Shown here: positions 24,559 through 39,000 of the stretch, one piece after another
Position numbering within the stretch: position 1 is the first letter of the stretch
How the letters are laid out: every line of letters starts with the position of its first letter
Source of the DNA: Takakia lepidozioides
Lineage: Eukaryota > Plantae > Bryophyta
NCBI GenBank assembly: GCA_030704615.1
Contig: CM060734.1
Location: 1,054,001-1,118,000 of the forward strand
Direction: 5' to 3'
DNA length: 64,000 bases
Notes under the pieces: generated by a model
Databases searched by the model: none
Told to the model about the DNA's origin: nothing
The model's input: only the letters and a program-made list of their open reading frames with translations
Program-made: the position numbers and the translations under genes

Positions 24559-25399
24559 ACCGGAGACTCACCTAATGAACCCTATAGCCGTCTACACTCA
24601 AACCAGCTCCGATCTAACGGTCTACTGGAATTACAAAGAGCAGTAGCGACTCCTCAATACTCCTCATATAGCCAGTACTGTTCACTATTTACAAATGAGG
24701 AGCCACTACAGGGTAGGGCAGGGCAAGGAACCAGTGGCCATGAAAGACAAGCAAGGTTACGAGTTGTGAAAATTACGAGCTGTTGGATGGCGATCACGGC
24801 ATTGGGCAGCCACCGAGCAACGGGCCCACGCAGCCGTAAACGTCCTCGTAGTAGAGGCGTCAGTGACCAGGGTCTTGGGGTGCCCCCCACACTTGCGCAA
24901 AGGCCCCACGTACTGCTCCAACACCAGCCCCATCCTCCACAACATCCCCACCATGGCTAGTGTCAGGACCCCATCTCCCAACACCAGCGCTCACCTTGGC
25001 ACCGACATCACCTGCACCAACACCACTTCCACCCGACCCCGGCTCTGATACTCACAAGCAACCTGAGGAGGGGCCAATCCTACACATCCCTCAGGGCCAT
25101 CTATCGACAGCCTCCTGCAACGATCAGCACATGTGCGACAGGACAACGACATCACAACTCCAGTCAACACTAGTGGTACAATCGGACTCAAACCAACCCA
25201 CAGTTGTTGTGCTCCAGAGACTCTCCACCGAAGTGCATGGACGTCCCATGCTATTCACCTCCCTGCCTGGCTCTCCACCCCGCTTTCAACAGCGAGTTTC
25301 TGATCTTCTCCCTTCTTCTTCTGGGAGATCCAATTTGCCAGCTCCCCCGGTTATTCCACCTTCTCCATCAGTGCCACCATCGACATCCACTCAAGCTTC

Positions 25400-27884
25400 T
25401 CCAACTGATGACCGCATTCCTTGTCCTGCTTGTGGATGACCATTTGCTCGGATCAGAGGCCTCGCCATCAGCGCACTTGTTCGGCTTTTCGACAGTCCCA
25501 CACTGACGGTTCTTCTCTATCCATCCCTATATATGCGTTACCCACTCCTCCTCTTGCCTTCGCATGGGTTTGGTTCTCCACTCTAGATGTCCTCAGCGCT
25601 TTTCATCTGGGACCGCCTCGGCCTCGCCTCTATACATGGATCGCCAAGTGGCACTAAGACAAGAGGTCCAACAAGCTCTTTGCATGCCTCTGGACCGTCT
25701 GGCCCGCGATCCTGCTGATATCTCGGCTTGGCATCTTCTTTTGTTTTTTGCTCAGTGGTGTTTGGTCTTGCCCCCACGTGGTGGTGATGCTGGTCATAGA
25801 GAAACACGCATCCGTCTCCGCCATTTTCTATCTTGGGATTGGGAGTGTCTGCAAGAAGAGCACTATCTCCGTGCACAAGCTCTTGCTGCACGAACCCCTC
25901 CGGATATCTTGCCACAGCCGACCCTCTCTACCCACAAACGGCTCCGATGCAGTTTATTGTTGGGTCGTGTTGGTGAGTATTCGCGTGCAGCTCGTGCTCT
26001 GGCACCTTTCACTCCCGCACCACCTTATTCAGACACTGTTGCCTCTTTGGAGGCCCTTCGTCCCCCATCTGAGCACATTTTTCCAGTTTTTGTCGATGAG
26101 TTGGAGCCGGACTCTCTAGCTAGATCGTGATAGCTTCACCAGGGCTTTTACACGCAGTCCGCATCTCTCTGCAGCTGGACCGTTTGGTTTGTTGTAGGAA
26201 CATCTGCGTGACTACTTCAATCCCCAGGATTCTGCTAGTGGCTTCTCCCAACTCTTTCATGTTTGTTCTCTATTGCCAGTGGTCGCATACCTGTATCAGC
26301 GGTCTCCTTGGGGCTTCACGACTCTTGGCTATGTCCAAACATACTGGTCCTGACATATGTCCTATTGCTGTGGGGGAGGTTATCTTACCATCTTGTTAGC
26401 CGCTCTCTATGTCTTCAGTATCGAGATGCATTCTCCGCCCACCTCTTTCCACATCAGTTTGGCGTTGCCACTCCAGGAGGTTGTGAAGCTGTCGTACATG
26501 GGATCCGCGCCACACTTGACCTTCATCCTGACTGGGTTGTTCTTCAAGTCGACGTCACCAATGCCTTCAACACTGTCTCACGTGCTGCCATCTTTCAGGA
26601 GCTCTGTTCTGCTGGAGGTGATTTTCATCAGCTTATCCCGTTTGTCAGACTGTTCTATGCGTCTGGTGCTCCCCTCTTTTACAGTCACCATTCTCGCACA
26701 GACGATTATAGTATTATACAGTCGGAGGTGGGCACTCGTCAAGGGAATCCATTAGGGGGCCCTCTTTTTGCCATGGCGCATGTGCGCGCCCTTATATCGT
26801 CTGCACAAGCATGTCCTTCTTGTCTATTCCCTTTTGTTGCAGATGACACCCACATCGTCGGTCCGACATCCGAGGTCCTCCCGGCTTACAATCATTTCAT
26901 CACCTAGTTGCACTATGTGGGGCTCTCGGTTCAACCTCGCAAGTGTGTTGTGTGGTCTCCATCCGGTTTACCATCTGACTTTTTGCCACCTGCCCATTTT
27001 CTCACACCATCTGATGGCATCCGGATCTTGGACGTTCCTTTTGGCACCACCTCATTCACTTCAACTTCCTGGAGAACGCACTTCAAGAGGGTCAAAATCT
27101 CCCATTCCGAGCTCCTTCCTAGGCTTGGGGATTTACATGTAGCCTATGGTATTCTTACAAGGTATTTCATTCAACGACCATCGTACCTTTTCATGGTCTT
27201 CACCTACCGCTGAATTCTTGCAGTCTCTATTGCAGTTTGATGCTCACATTATGGGGTTTTTGGTCGTTTACTGGGGGCCGGTGCTCTGGATGGTTCCCAA
27301 GGGGCTTTACCTCGGCAACAAGCTTACCTATGTCCACTGGCGGGGTGGGTCTACTCTCCACTGCCACCACTGCTCCTTCTGCTTTCCTTGGCAGTTGGGT
27401 TGTGGTCGCTCCAGCCCTTACATCTCGATTTTTATGGACCAACAACCCCTACTCATGGATGACATTGCTCACGTGGATAACGGTCCGCTCTCATTCCAAC
27501 AACATCTTTGATCTGCACGGGATCTTCTTCATCCATCAGTGCGAGCTTGCCTTCCGCCATTTGAGCAGTTGGTTACTCATGGCTTGGACCATCTCCAGGA
27601 GACCATTGTGGAACGTGTGCACCAACAAACCTTTTCTAGCATGCTTTCCGGTGCATCTTCTGATGTGCATCGTGTCAGGCTCTTATCTTGCGTGGGACCA
27701 GGGGCGGGTGCGTGGCTTATAGCACGACCTACTATCACGCCGTTTCGTTTGTCGTCTCCAATCTTTGCCACGACTTTCTGCATTCGTCTTGGCTTACCAC
27801 ATCTTTCTATGCTTGGCTTACAGCGCTGTGTTTATCACCAACCCATCGATCCACTTGCTGTTCACCTCCTTCGTTGTCCATGTG
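25400..27884 (+). pseudogene. RLE-type (CRE/NeSL-like) non-LTR retrotransposon reverse transcriptase, 5' part
   Basis: QFGVATPGGCEAVVH..LQVDVTNAFNTVSR..GTRQGNPLGGPLF..ADDTHIVG..GAGAWL..HLLRCP, with many stops and frameshifts. Confidence 0.85.
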
Positions 27885-30800
27885 CACTACAACAGAAGTG
27901 TTCAAGAATAATAGCATTAGGCTAGCAGACAAGATGGAGCATGACGCCAAAAAAACACCAAGTTCCATTGTACAAAGACCCCACAACCCTACATCTTAAC
28001 CAACCCTTTTGAGCTGTCTACAGTGATCAAACCCTAAACTTGGCTTGCATCGCCAATGCTTTCGATCACTCCTACACTCCATATCATACACCTCACTTCA
28101 CACTTAACAACATCTGCACATTCATTGTAGTAATTTGCAATATATGCAAACCATTAGATGTACTTCCATCCATCGTATCACAATATTTCAACCACTCAAC
28201 CAGTCATATGTAGGCACCTCGTCATTTGCAGTCACACACTCAAATCTTTCATCCATTTATCCATTCATCCAAATATTTTGAAATTCATTCAAAATTAGAC
28301 ACCTATATATTGTTTGGGCAACCAACATTCGACACGTGCAGTCGTGCAGTCATGCAGTCATACATTGGAATGTCCATGTCATCCTAGTATAGTGATGGAC
28401 ATGACTCGTAGTCATATCAGCCATCTCAATGCATCCGGTCAATTGTGTTTGACCGCAGATCCGCAGATCGAAAGTCATGTAGTCAGATATATGACTTCTG
28501 CCTAGCTCCATTGGCATTAATGACTGCAATTTGCATTTTGTAGACAGATATGCCACGACGGGCCCAAAGTGGCAGATGTAAAAGCCACAAAACCTACTAA
28601 GATAAGTTATTGTACACTAGCTTTGTTCAAGGCATTCAACTGACTCTCCTATGTCTAACATAGTGATGCTCAAAATACTTTGTTATTTCAAAAATCATAT
28701 TAGGTATGAAGTTTGATTTATTTAATTTAAAAAAAATCCATAGATTTTTGCCAAGAGCCCAAAAACTAAAACCAAGTCTAGGTGGGTAGCATTGTAGGCT
28801 CTGAGGCTATCCCCACCAAAACTGCATCAAACGAGTTTCATACCACCAAGATATGGCCAAAGAGACAATAGATAATTTAAATCAAGTCGTCACAAACTTT
28901 AAATGGAAAAGTTAAAAAATAAAAATAAAATAAAAAATTAGTGTTGCGGGGCCAGTGTGCATAGAGGCTTGGGACTTTGTCGTTTTTCTTTGCATGCGTC
29001 GTAGAGTGGAAGTGGCAAGATATCTGTCCTAGCACACGGGCGTGAGAAAGAGGCTTTGGAGACCTATGCGCAAATGATGCTGGAAGGGTTGCAGTCGTTT
29101 GCTCTCGTTTCATTTGCAATGTGTGTGCAAATGAGCCTGGCTGCCCTCGAAAATGACAAAGAGGTCCATGTAGGCGAATCAGTGAAGCTGGAATTGTATC
29201 AGCTGTTATTCTGAACACTTTCCCTGGTGCATCGACGACGCAAAGGGAGTGTACAAAATGCGGTGTCGTGGAGAGCGATGAATGTGCATGACAGGGGTGC
29301 GGACGGGATGGAGGCTGTGGAGACCTATGAGCAAATGATGCCGAAAGGGGGTGAAACTAGCCTGACCACATCCCGTTTGTCGTTTGCAATGTTTGCACAT
29401 GCTCCACCCTAGCAACCTTGGAAATAAGAGCTTGGCAGCCCTGGAGAAGTACGTAGAGGTCCATGGTGACATTGAGTCAAAGCTGGAATTGTTCTCGCTG
29501 TCATTCTAAACTCTGCCCTAGTGGCATGTATGCCAAAACCCTAGAAAAGAACGCAAAGGTCTATGGTGACATTGTCAAAGCTGGAATTGTATCAGATGTC
29601 ATTCACAACGGAGGACATTGTGAGGTTCTTGAAAGGGAGGGAAACTGTGGGGCTTGGGGCCGGACTTAGGGCCGGATATCACTACCCTGTGGACATATAT
29701 GCCAAATAGGAGCTTGGCAGCCTTGGAAAAGCACAGAGAGGTCCATATGACATTGGCACTGAAGTAGTCAAGCTTTGGTTGTGTAAAATGTGGAAGATGA
29801 GTACATGTGTCTCCAGTGATGAGGTTTGCAATTCGGACAACAACGGATGAGCTCTGTGTACAAGAACATTGCAGTAAACTGTGTAAGGCTTGGAAGAACA
29901 ATAGAAACCATGCATATTCTTTTGTCCATCTCCAACCTCTCTTTCCATATCAACAACCCAGAGCAATCCTGCTGGAGAGTGGGTTGCTCCAGCCACTTTA
30001 CCATTTTGCTCTTCCTCTCTTCCCTTATTTATGTTGTGATCATACTCCCAAATTTTGCAGTGTCCATTAGGCTTTACTTCCTTTGTTGACTGAACATCTA
30101 TGTCATTGATTTGCTGTCTGGTGTGCTACTTCTGTTGCAGGTCTGCTCTCCTTTCCAAGTCATTGTCAGTGTTGTTGATGTTGGCTTCATTAATTATTGG
30201 TACTTCCATGTCACTGTTATCTCCTGAAACACTTGCCCTTTTGCTTCCTCATCTCCTGGCGCTTCTGAATTCAGGTCCTCATCCTCATTCTGGCTAAAGC
30301 CCTGACGTTGATCAACATTCTTGCATGCTTCATTTTTAGATAAGTCTCCTAATTTCTTTGTGGTTTCCTGCATGTCTTCACATCTTGTAGGTTCCATATT
30401 GATGGCTGAAAATTCTTTGTTCCCTCCTTGTGCATTGTCAAGCCTTTACTTCTGTGTTTTCTTAGCCCAACTCATCTTGCTACTCCCTAGTTCTGATCCT
30501 GGTTTGTTCCGTTGATGTGCAAGTCAGATGTTGATTGTCCCTTTTCTTCGTACCGCATTCGACTATGTGTTGTTGCCCTCCACTTTCTTTGGTGAGCAGC
30601 CACTTCAGCCCTTACATTCCAGTGTGTTGTAGTTATCTTGATCAAGACCTGCCCCCCTGCTTTCATTGTTCTTTGTGGAATGCTCTCCCATTTCATGCCA
30701 CTTTGTGTGTTGGTTCTGCTGCCTGCAGGCATCACCACCTTCCTTCTAACAGCACATGGCTCTTTCTCCAGGTCTTCCTCATCATGCTTGATGCGCATTG

Positions 30801-32548
30801 CTTGATGCCCAACATGCTTGATTCGCATTGCCTTTTTTTCTCACCACAGGGAGATTTACCAAATTGGGTGTGCATTTTGCTTTAATCATATTTTGCGCAT
30901 ATCCTTCACCAATGTTCTTGTCTCTGTTCTAATGTGTGCAGGTTCCTGCTCACGGTGGACAAGCCTCTGGCCAGAGGGCATTACAGGTCAGATTATTGGT
31001 TCATTGGAACTTACATGATTTTTAATGCATGTTTTCATTGTTCGTGGTGGTCGTGGTACCGTCTAATACGTCCAGTGCATGTGTTTTTGTATGTAGGTAC
31101 GTGGCCACGAACAAGAAGCCACAGTTCAGAGGGCAGTACAGGTGCAGCCTGTCAGCAAGACAACCCCCACCCCGATGGTCCTTGATTGCCAGAATGGGTA
31201 AGAGATCCTCCATCTATTTATTCATAGTCATAACCTCCCATTATGAACTTTGCTTTGACACATTCAATGGCATGTGGCTTCCTTTCATGCCATGTTGCTT
31301 CTGCTCCAGCTTTAATATTGACTGCAGGCCAGAGTTAACAATTTGTGCATTTTTGGGGATGGATGGCAGTTGACGGTTGGTGACCAAGTCCGGCTTATCG
31401 ACACGGTTTCGAGGGCAACAGCAGCATCTGGGCATATTGTTGGTCTACAGGGGATGTCGGGGAGTATATCCTGTGGTGCCAGAAGGGTATGTGGCCATCA
31501 TGATTAGATGTCATCCTTACCAAAGCCCCTCTATCGTATCACAGTAAGTCTATGAAACCTGTGCATACAGAATTGGGAGACACTATAGGTCATGTTACAC
31601 TTTGGAGCGACAGGCTCGTGAAGATATTGAAAATGAAGTGGTCAGTGAGCGCCCTCCTGTTTTTTGCTGTTATATGACAATGGGTAGGAATCCTGAGGTC
31701 CGAGTGTTTGGTGGACTAAGTAGCGCCTGGTGAATGTTCTAGTTCTCATACTTTAGGCTCTTTTAGGACTTATGTGGCACTGGTTAGACTTTGCATCTGT
31801 CCATTTTGGATTTGACTGTCTATTGGAACAATTCAATGTAAAGTTATGTTTTCCTCGTTATGTGTGTCATTGTTTTTTTTCCAGTTGTGTGTTTCATTGT
31901 TCTTGTCTACCAGTATGATAGGTTCCCATGTTTTTGGGCATCAGATTCATCAGCACTATTTCTTTTACCCCACCCATTATATATTAATGTACTAAACGCA
32001 TGCTACAGTCAGGCCCATGACTACAACCGCAGTGACGAGGAGCATTACCTAGAATTCTCATATCAAATGGTTATCCAATGCGTGGCACTAAACCCTAATT
32101 TAAATCACAGTCATGGGCTCGTCTACAGGGGCCCAAAATCTGATTTGTATCAGCAATTACCAGCACTCCACGTGCACAAGCCATACCACGCCACGTGTTG
32201 AACCAACATTGCACCAGACACAGTCATATGTGCCAGTCATGAACCCTACAGTAAGGAAGCCTAGTATGGCGACACGTGTCCATAGCTGACAGGCGCACCT
32301 GTTGTCCGCATGGAGCTCGTTGATCGCGCCGACATGGACTGCTGTAGTCGTAAATTACAGTCGTGGCCCATGACTATGAGCAGGCAGCTCAAGTGCCACG
32401 TCAACAGACAGCTCCACAACTGCGATTTACAACTACATGGCACTTACGACTGCAATGTCACAACTGACAGGGCTTTTTCCACTAGGTAGTCATGAAGTCA
32501 TAAATGGCTGATAATACTGGCAGACAGCAGCCGGAATTTGTTGTAGTG
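27885..32548. mobile_element. Complete non-autonomous CACTA element (4664 bp)
   Basis: TIRs CACTACAACA and TGTTGTAGTG; 3-bp TSD GTG at 27882-27884 and 32549-32551. It interrupts the LINE between HLLRCP and GGDR. Internal tandem units at 29040-29770. Confidence 0.92.
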
Positions 32549-33000
32549 GTGGAGGAGACCGTCCAGCGACTAGTGATGTTGTGCGGGACGCCATCGCTTC
32601 TGTTGCTCGATAGGCTGGATTTCATGTGTTGCGGGAGCAAACTCACATGCTGCCTCTTGTGCACCTCAGTCCACTCCTCTGCGCGTCGACATCATCTTCT
32701 CTCGATATGGTTTGCGTACCCTTGCAGATGTTGTCATTGTCATTGCCGATCCTACTTACTTTCTCGATCAGCCTCTTTCCATGGCACTGCCGTTTTGATT
32801 GCTGCACAGACCAAGACCAAGCAACGAGACTATCAAGACCGTCATCCTACGGATGCGTTCCTTCCACTGGCTATGGAGATCTTTGGATGTCTTCGTCGAT
32901 AGTTCGACGACGTACTTGTGCTCATCATGCTGCTCAGAACAATATCAATAACATTCCCCATGCTTCCGTCTACGTAGCTTTCTATAGACAATGGGTTTCT
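32549..33000 (+). pseudogene. 3' continuation (endonuclease region) of the RLE LINE
   Basis: GGDRPATSDVVRDAIASVAR*AGFHVLREQTH...AAQTKTKQRDYQDRHPTDAFLPLAMEIFG. Confidence 0.8.
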
Positions 33001-34238
33001 CTATAGAGGGCACATAGAGGGCATAGGCCATGTTCATCTTGCATTGGGCTTCTGTAGCTTTATTCTTGTTTGTTTTAGGTGAAGGCAAAAAGGACCATGG
33101 AGCCTTGATGGGTGGTTCCCAAAAGTGAGGCGCCATTAAAGGGGCACCATGTCTATAGGCATGGCTTTGTCTCATCTTTATGCTCTTCCTGATGTCACAC
33201 CCATTTCTTTGTCTGATATGACTCAGGCAGTTGTATGGGATGATCATTTGGTTTGATTGGCTTGCTACGCTTTCTTTTTCATTTCTTTATGTTAAATCTT
33301 CCCTTGCTATGGGAATTTTCCATCTTTTGTACGGTTACGTCATGGAAGTTTGTAAATAAAGCTTTACAGGGTTACATCACTACTTTTTGTTATGATCCAA
33401 ATGTCTTCATTTCTCTTCTTCCTCTTCTACTTCCAGCCGAATCTCGTCTCTGATCGCACGTTTGTCCATCCATCTACTTGAAGGCCAAAACTCTCATTTA
33501 ATTTTTTTTTTGGATCTGGCAGTGGTTTCTCAATTTTAAGTAAAACATTCATCATAATGATCGAGTGTGGAACCATAAGTTGGATCCAGATCCATTCCTC
33601 GTTTCCAAAATTCCCTAAAGTCGATCAAAATTTAGCCCATTGTACATAGATAGCTAGTCCCAGGAAACATACAATGAAGCCCTTTCAAAATATCTTTCGA
33701 GTACAAACGCTCTGGCAAAGAGCATCAACAGTGTTAGCGAACCGATGCTAGCACTTGTACTCCCCTTGTCCCTGATCTTTAACCTTGCAGAGACTACCAA
33801 GGACACTTAGAGATGTCCACCTGTACAAGTCAGGACTTCCAAAGAGCATCGTCTATGCAAAGATCTGTAATACATATATATTGAAACATCCTTAATTCGG
33901 ATTCATGTTCAGAAAAATGTTACGTATATATATGCCTTCAGGGACATGAAAGCGTGAGACTTTCAACTTGACATTTCATCAGGTTCTCTCACAACCAATT
34001 GAAGTCCAATAACTGTCCCCTTCCTGATCTCCAGCTGTATGACTCTTCCGAAAGACCTTCAGTCATCTAGATCCCAGGTACGAGGAGACTGCATCTAGAC
34101 TCGACTACCTTGTTGTCCCACTAATAAATCTGTCTCTATGTTCTCGAGTCTTTGAACGATACAAGTTACTCATCATACATATGATCCATGGTTCGAGGAA
34201 AGTTGGGAGTGTTTGCTATTTACTGGGGTCTATACGAC

Positions 34239-34649
34239 TCACTCATCCCCAGATGGCCGACTGACTTTGGACATATCAAACCCTGTACTATCCAAGCTCT
34301 CTGAATCCTCTTCTGTCTTGTTACTCCACTCCACATGAGCACCCTCAGCCACACTGTGAGGGTCGTTTTGCACTTCACCATAGGTCCTCTCCAAAGTCGT
34401 ATTGCTCGTCTCCGTGGTATCATTCGAGACGGGCGCTGTCGCTCCCGTCGAATCAAGACTAGTCGGTGTCTCCTCAGCCACGCTTGCTCCCCGGCTGGAC
34501 ACCCCAGTGTGAAAGAATGCAAACACTTCCCGCTGCTTGCTCGACAAGAACTTCGACGACGCTTGCCTGGAGTAGTACACCGATCTCATGAGTGCTTGCC
34601 CGCCTGACATGAAATTGTACATCCGTCTCGTAGTGACTTGGGCAGCCAT
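34239..34649 (-). CDS. Small hypothetical protein, possibly mitochondrion-targeted
   Basis: 136-aa ATG-initiated ORF with an Arg/Ser-rich, acid-free N-terminus and an acidic C-terminus; no family recognised. Confidence 0.45.
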   Translation of the reverse strand: MAAQVTTRRMYNFMSGGQALMRSVYYSRQASSKFLSSKQREVFAFFHTGVSSRGASVAEETPTSLDSTGATAPVSNDTTETSNTTLERTYGEVQNDPHSVAEGAHVEWSNKTEEDSESLDSTGFDMSKVSRPSGDE

Positions 34650-35169
34650 GTCTTGAACGCTCGATCCGAGTCAGGCTATGGAGCTCCTGAGCTCTGCAGC
34701 CAAATCTCTTCACTTCCTCCTTCTCCGACGTACAATTTCAACAAACCACAATCTCAGCTCCTTTCACCACGGCACAGATCTTCAAGAATTCCTCCCTGCG
34801 AACAAGCTCAAGAGATGGAAGAGAAGAAAGCCTCTCCCTTTCTCGACCGCGCCAAATCACCCAGGTAGCAAGCAACTGGCTATTTCTGAGAGAGAATGGA
34901 CCTGTTGTGCTGGGCTTCACATACGATACTGCCAAATGGCCTCGGCCTATGTTAACCACGTGGACAGCTAGATCCAGCTTTACTTGCCGACTGACAGGTG
35001 GCCACTCACACGTGACATGTTTCTAGACCTGCCGTCAGATATAGGAGGGAACAGGGAACCTTTCCTAGCTGCCTATACCTACTTCTGAACATACTTGAAA
35101 TATTCCGTATAGATGAATCTTTTTGTATGTTTGGTATATTCCTAGCATAAGGCATCAAAAACATGGTAT

Positions 35170-35210
35170 GAAGATCGCGGACGTTATAAAGCACCATTTC
35201 ATTTCATTTC
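35170..35210 (+). repeat. Very short 3'-end copy of the same LINE family
   Basis: gcggacgttataaagcaccatttcatttcatttc matches 39984-40022. Confidence 0.6.
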
Positions 35211-36095
35211 TTTCTTTGGAACCTCAATCGATCCAAGCCTGTCTGTGATAAGCTTACCAAATGTACTTAGAGGCTTTATACACGGGATTGAAAACTTTCT
35301 TACTCTCATGAGTCTTCAAAATGGTAGATACATTCGGCGCTTATGGCCCCTCTCTAGTCCCTGATATTTATTTGTAGGCCTACCCTCCAAAAGGCTATGC
35401 AAGACAATCGCAGAAAATCATCTTTCCAAAGAAAGGCAGGGTGAGCCATGGGAGGATACTGTTTTGAGTGTCTCATCAAACTTCCAATGTAGGAATAAAA
35501 TGGGTGGGAGAACCCATGGGCAGCAGATGCATGCATTGAGCGGGAATGATCTTGGAATAAACAAGAAGTATACAATTCTCGTAATACCCATTGTAGGCAG
35601 GTCATTTTGTCCTCTATAGCTTTAACCCAAGCAAAAGAGAGCAGGCGCTTGCTTTTCAAAAGCAGTCCCTGTGAGAGACATCTGGGTCTGCAGGTCTTTC
35701 AACTTACATTTAACATGCAAGTCCTTCGACAATCATGTTGCAAAACTGTTAGCTTGTAATAATTGATGTGCACACTTAATTTGGTCCACAGCATGCCCTT
35801 AGATATGAGCATCCTGGGTGGGACAGGCCACCTATGTCTACCCATTGGCCCCCCAATAGACAAAAGTGGAAAGTGTCAGTGCTCACCTCATGACATGTTT
35901 TCTGCCTCAGTGATGCCCAAACAAGTTTGTCAACCAACCCACCATTTACTGCAGAAACCGGACATGGATCATAAATTTCATTATGCTTTTAAAACCAGCA
36001 TTCTGTTGAGGTGGTGACCCCCTGTCCCAAGGCATCAATGTTTTGCTTCCTGCTATGTTGGAGCTCTGATTTTTGTAGTCCACCAGCTGGCGCTC

Positions 36096-39000
36096 CTATC
36101 TTATGTTAATACTTCGCAATGACAGATCACCAGTTCCTCCCATGGAGACGTTCTTGACAGGTTGTGCCATCCCAAATACCTTCCAAAAGCGAAGTGTCTC
36201 ATCCGCAGCAGCGGAGACTACCATTGTTCCATCAGGGCTCTACACAAATTACAGCACTAAAATCATGAGAAAGTCACAAACATAAAAGTAATTCACTCAA
36301 TTTCAACAAACAATGGCAATGACAATGTTGGACTGTCAGTGGCATTATGGATCCACATGTGCATTTTCGAGCCAGAGCTGCAACGCGGCTCCTCTGAACC
36401 CTAGAGTAGTACAAACGTAAGTGTAATATGAAATAAATCTGCAAATTGTCATCTTTGGAAACACTAGAATGTCAACAGAAAAGAAGTCTTAAAACCTGGG
36501 CAAGATGGAGAACACGGGCAGTGTGACCAGTGAGTTCAGCAATTTTGGCCATAGATGGATACTTCCACAAGCACAGTTGATTCTGGCTGAACCCATGGCT
36601 GCTCAGTATCTCCTTTTGATGCCGGTTCCATTGCAGAGCACACACCTGAGTGCACAACCCAATGTTTGACCACCAGACCTAGATCAATAATAGTGAAACC
36701 TTGTGTGATGCAGAACATCTTCACAGATGCCATCCTAACTTGCCCATGCAGTTCTGAAAAGTTCGGATATCACCAACTGAATTTAGAGGAACCTATATAA
36801 TACAGTTTTTCAAACATCTCATTTTCAGTCATAAGAAACTACGTACGGTGCACTAAAACTTTCTCATTACACGAGAAATGGGACAGTGGAATTAATAGTA
36901 TCACATCTTACAATGTAAGCTAGATTTTTTTACTATTCTTCAAGGAAGTATCGATCTCATCGGCAAACCATCAACCTGGGAATGAGTGTCGACACTGTTG
37001 ATACAGGCACCTGTCTGCGTGTTCCAAAATTTAATACAGCGATCAGCAGTACCCCCTCCAGACGCGAGTAAGTTGGCCTGGAAGGGGCACCAGGCAAGTG
37101 CTTTCACAGCTGCTTGGTGGTCGTCCAGCCTGTGTAGATAGACTACTGACTCAGGTGATGATGATGTGACAGCTGCATCCCAAATGTGGAGTAAGTTGTC
37201 ATTGCCTCCACTTGCTAGCTGTTGGCCTGACGGTGACCACTTGAGGCCACACACCTCCTGATTGTGCCCTATCAGACGGGAGGTGACATGATCTCTCACC
37301 CGTACTGCCAATTCAGAACACACTCTTTAGCGAGTCATATTTTGAAGGAAAACATTGTCTGCAGTATCCATTTAAGCCTCTTTCTCCTTCTGGTACTTTC
37401 AGTAATCTCCACTGCCTTCAAATTTCCCCGTCTCAATGCTCAGTTAGTATTTTATCCTTGAAAGTGTCTGTAACAACCATTGTTCAGTTTCAGAAACATC
37501 TCACTCCATCAGAAAAACATTGTTATGCTGATCAGCATACTTTGTATCACTTCTTGTTGATTCCTTACCCCAAACTTTCTCTGCCTCACAGAAGCTATTC
37601 AATGCTTGGAAAAGGGCCCAAAAGCAAACAACCTTACCATCATGATTGATGATGTGGCTGTCACGACCTCCAGAAGAGAGCGTTGGGCCATTCCATGTCA
37701 GGCTGCTCACACGTGCTGAATGTCCTTCCAATTTCCGCACCTATAAGGTGGACATTATAAAGTGTGTCTGTCTCTTTCTATAGATGCATTCTGTCTCACA
37801 AGCATTCCATGACCATGTCGACCCTACCACTGTTTCTTCCCACTACAAAGAAACAGATATAGACCTACATATGGCACCACCATTTTTCTCTTGCAGACCC
37901 TGTTGTGGTTCATGAGAGCATGACAAGGCCTAAAAGCAGCCTACTGTGAAGTTCACATTGATGGAATCTCGCTGTTCCATGCTTCATCTTAAACCTGACT
38001 TACCTCCAGAAAACGGCTTTCCTAGTATAGCCTCATCACAAACCTTTTTCTTTCAGATCACCTGCAAGATTGTAAAGGTGATACACTGGAACTCCATTAT
38101 CCCATGTTTATCTCCCTCTAGTCTTCTCTCTGTCTCACCGTCTCTCTGCTCCGCTCCTGCCTCAGTCCGTGCTCAGTATGACAAGGATCATACAGGTAAG
38201 GGAGTCCCAACCTGGCAGATGCGAGAAATATCCCATAGCTGCACCTCTGTGTTATTTAGGCCCAATGCAATATGCCTTCCATCTTGTGCCCACGCTATAC
38301 TCGAAATGTAGTCATCCTCAAGGCTCGTGCTCATAAGTTGCTCAATGGCACCAGTGTCTGCATGCCACAAGTATATGGTGGTCCCCAGAGCCACTGCCAC
38401 CACATTCTTGCAGCTCCAATCCAAGAGATTAAGGTAGTAATCATCCACTATCTCTGGAGCATCCAAAATTCGCTCTGGCGCCTGCATGCTTGATGGCCGA
38501 TAGTCTTTGTTCAGGACATATAGGCAAAGCAATTCACAAGCATGTACATATCCCGTGAATGTGCATCTTCCTAGGTCAGATGCAATCTTTTTCATATGTT
38601 CAGTGGTTTTATGCATGCATGACCACGAGTCGATGCACAATGCAAGTTCCAGCCAAGAAGTCTTGGAATTTTCCATGTCAAATCCCCTGTTCCTGGGGTC
38701 TGCCTGGGCTTCCATTACCTGAATAATTTGCCGGATTCTAGAGGTGGGGGAGGCAATGGCATCTGCTGAGAAGAGCTCAGTTGCTCCAGGTGAAGGAGGT
38801 GGCTTCTTGGTAAATGAAAGTATCTTAGGACTCTGCAGCACTCCGACATCATGCAACAAGTTCTCTGCCAGCTTCCTTTTATATGCCTCCTGCAACAAAT
38901 GAAAAAGCAGATGTTATGCGCCTCAAGGTTAAGTGTTGCACAATTACCTCCATCCAACAATGCAAGGCTCCTCTTGTCTTTCTTTCTTGCCAAATGCAAG

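Noticed and set aside
38188-38898. Single 236-aa CDC20 exon
   Set aside because: The ORF reads through an intron (38482-38718) that has canonical splice sites and non-conserved translation.
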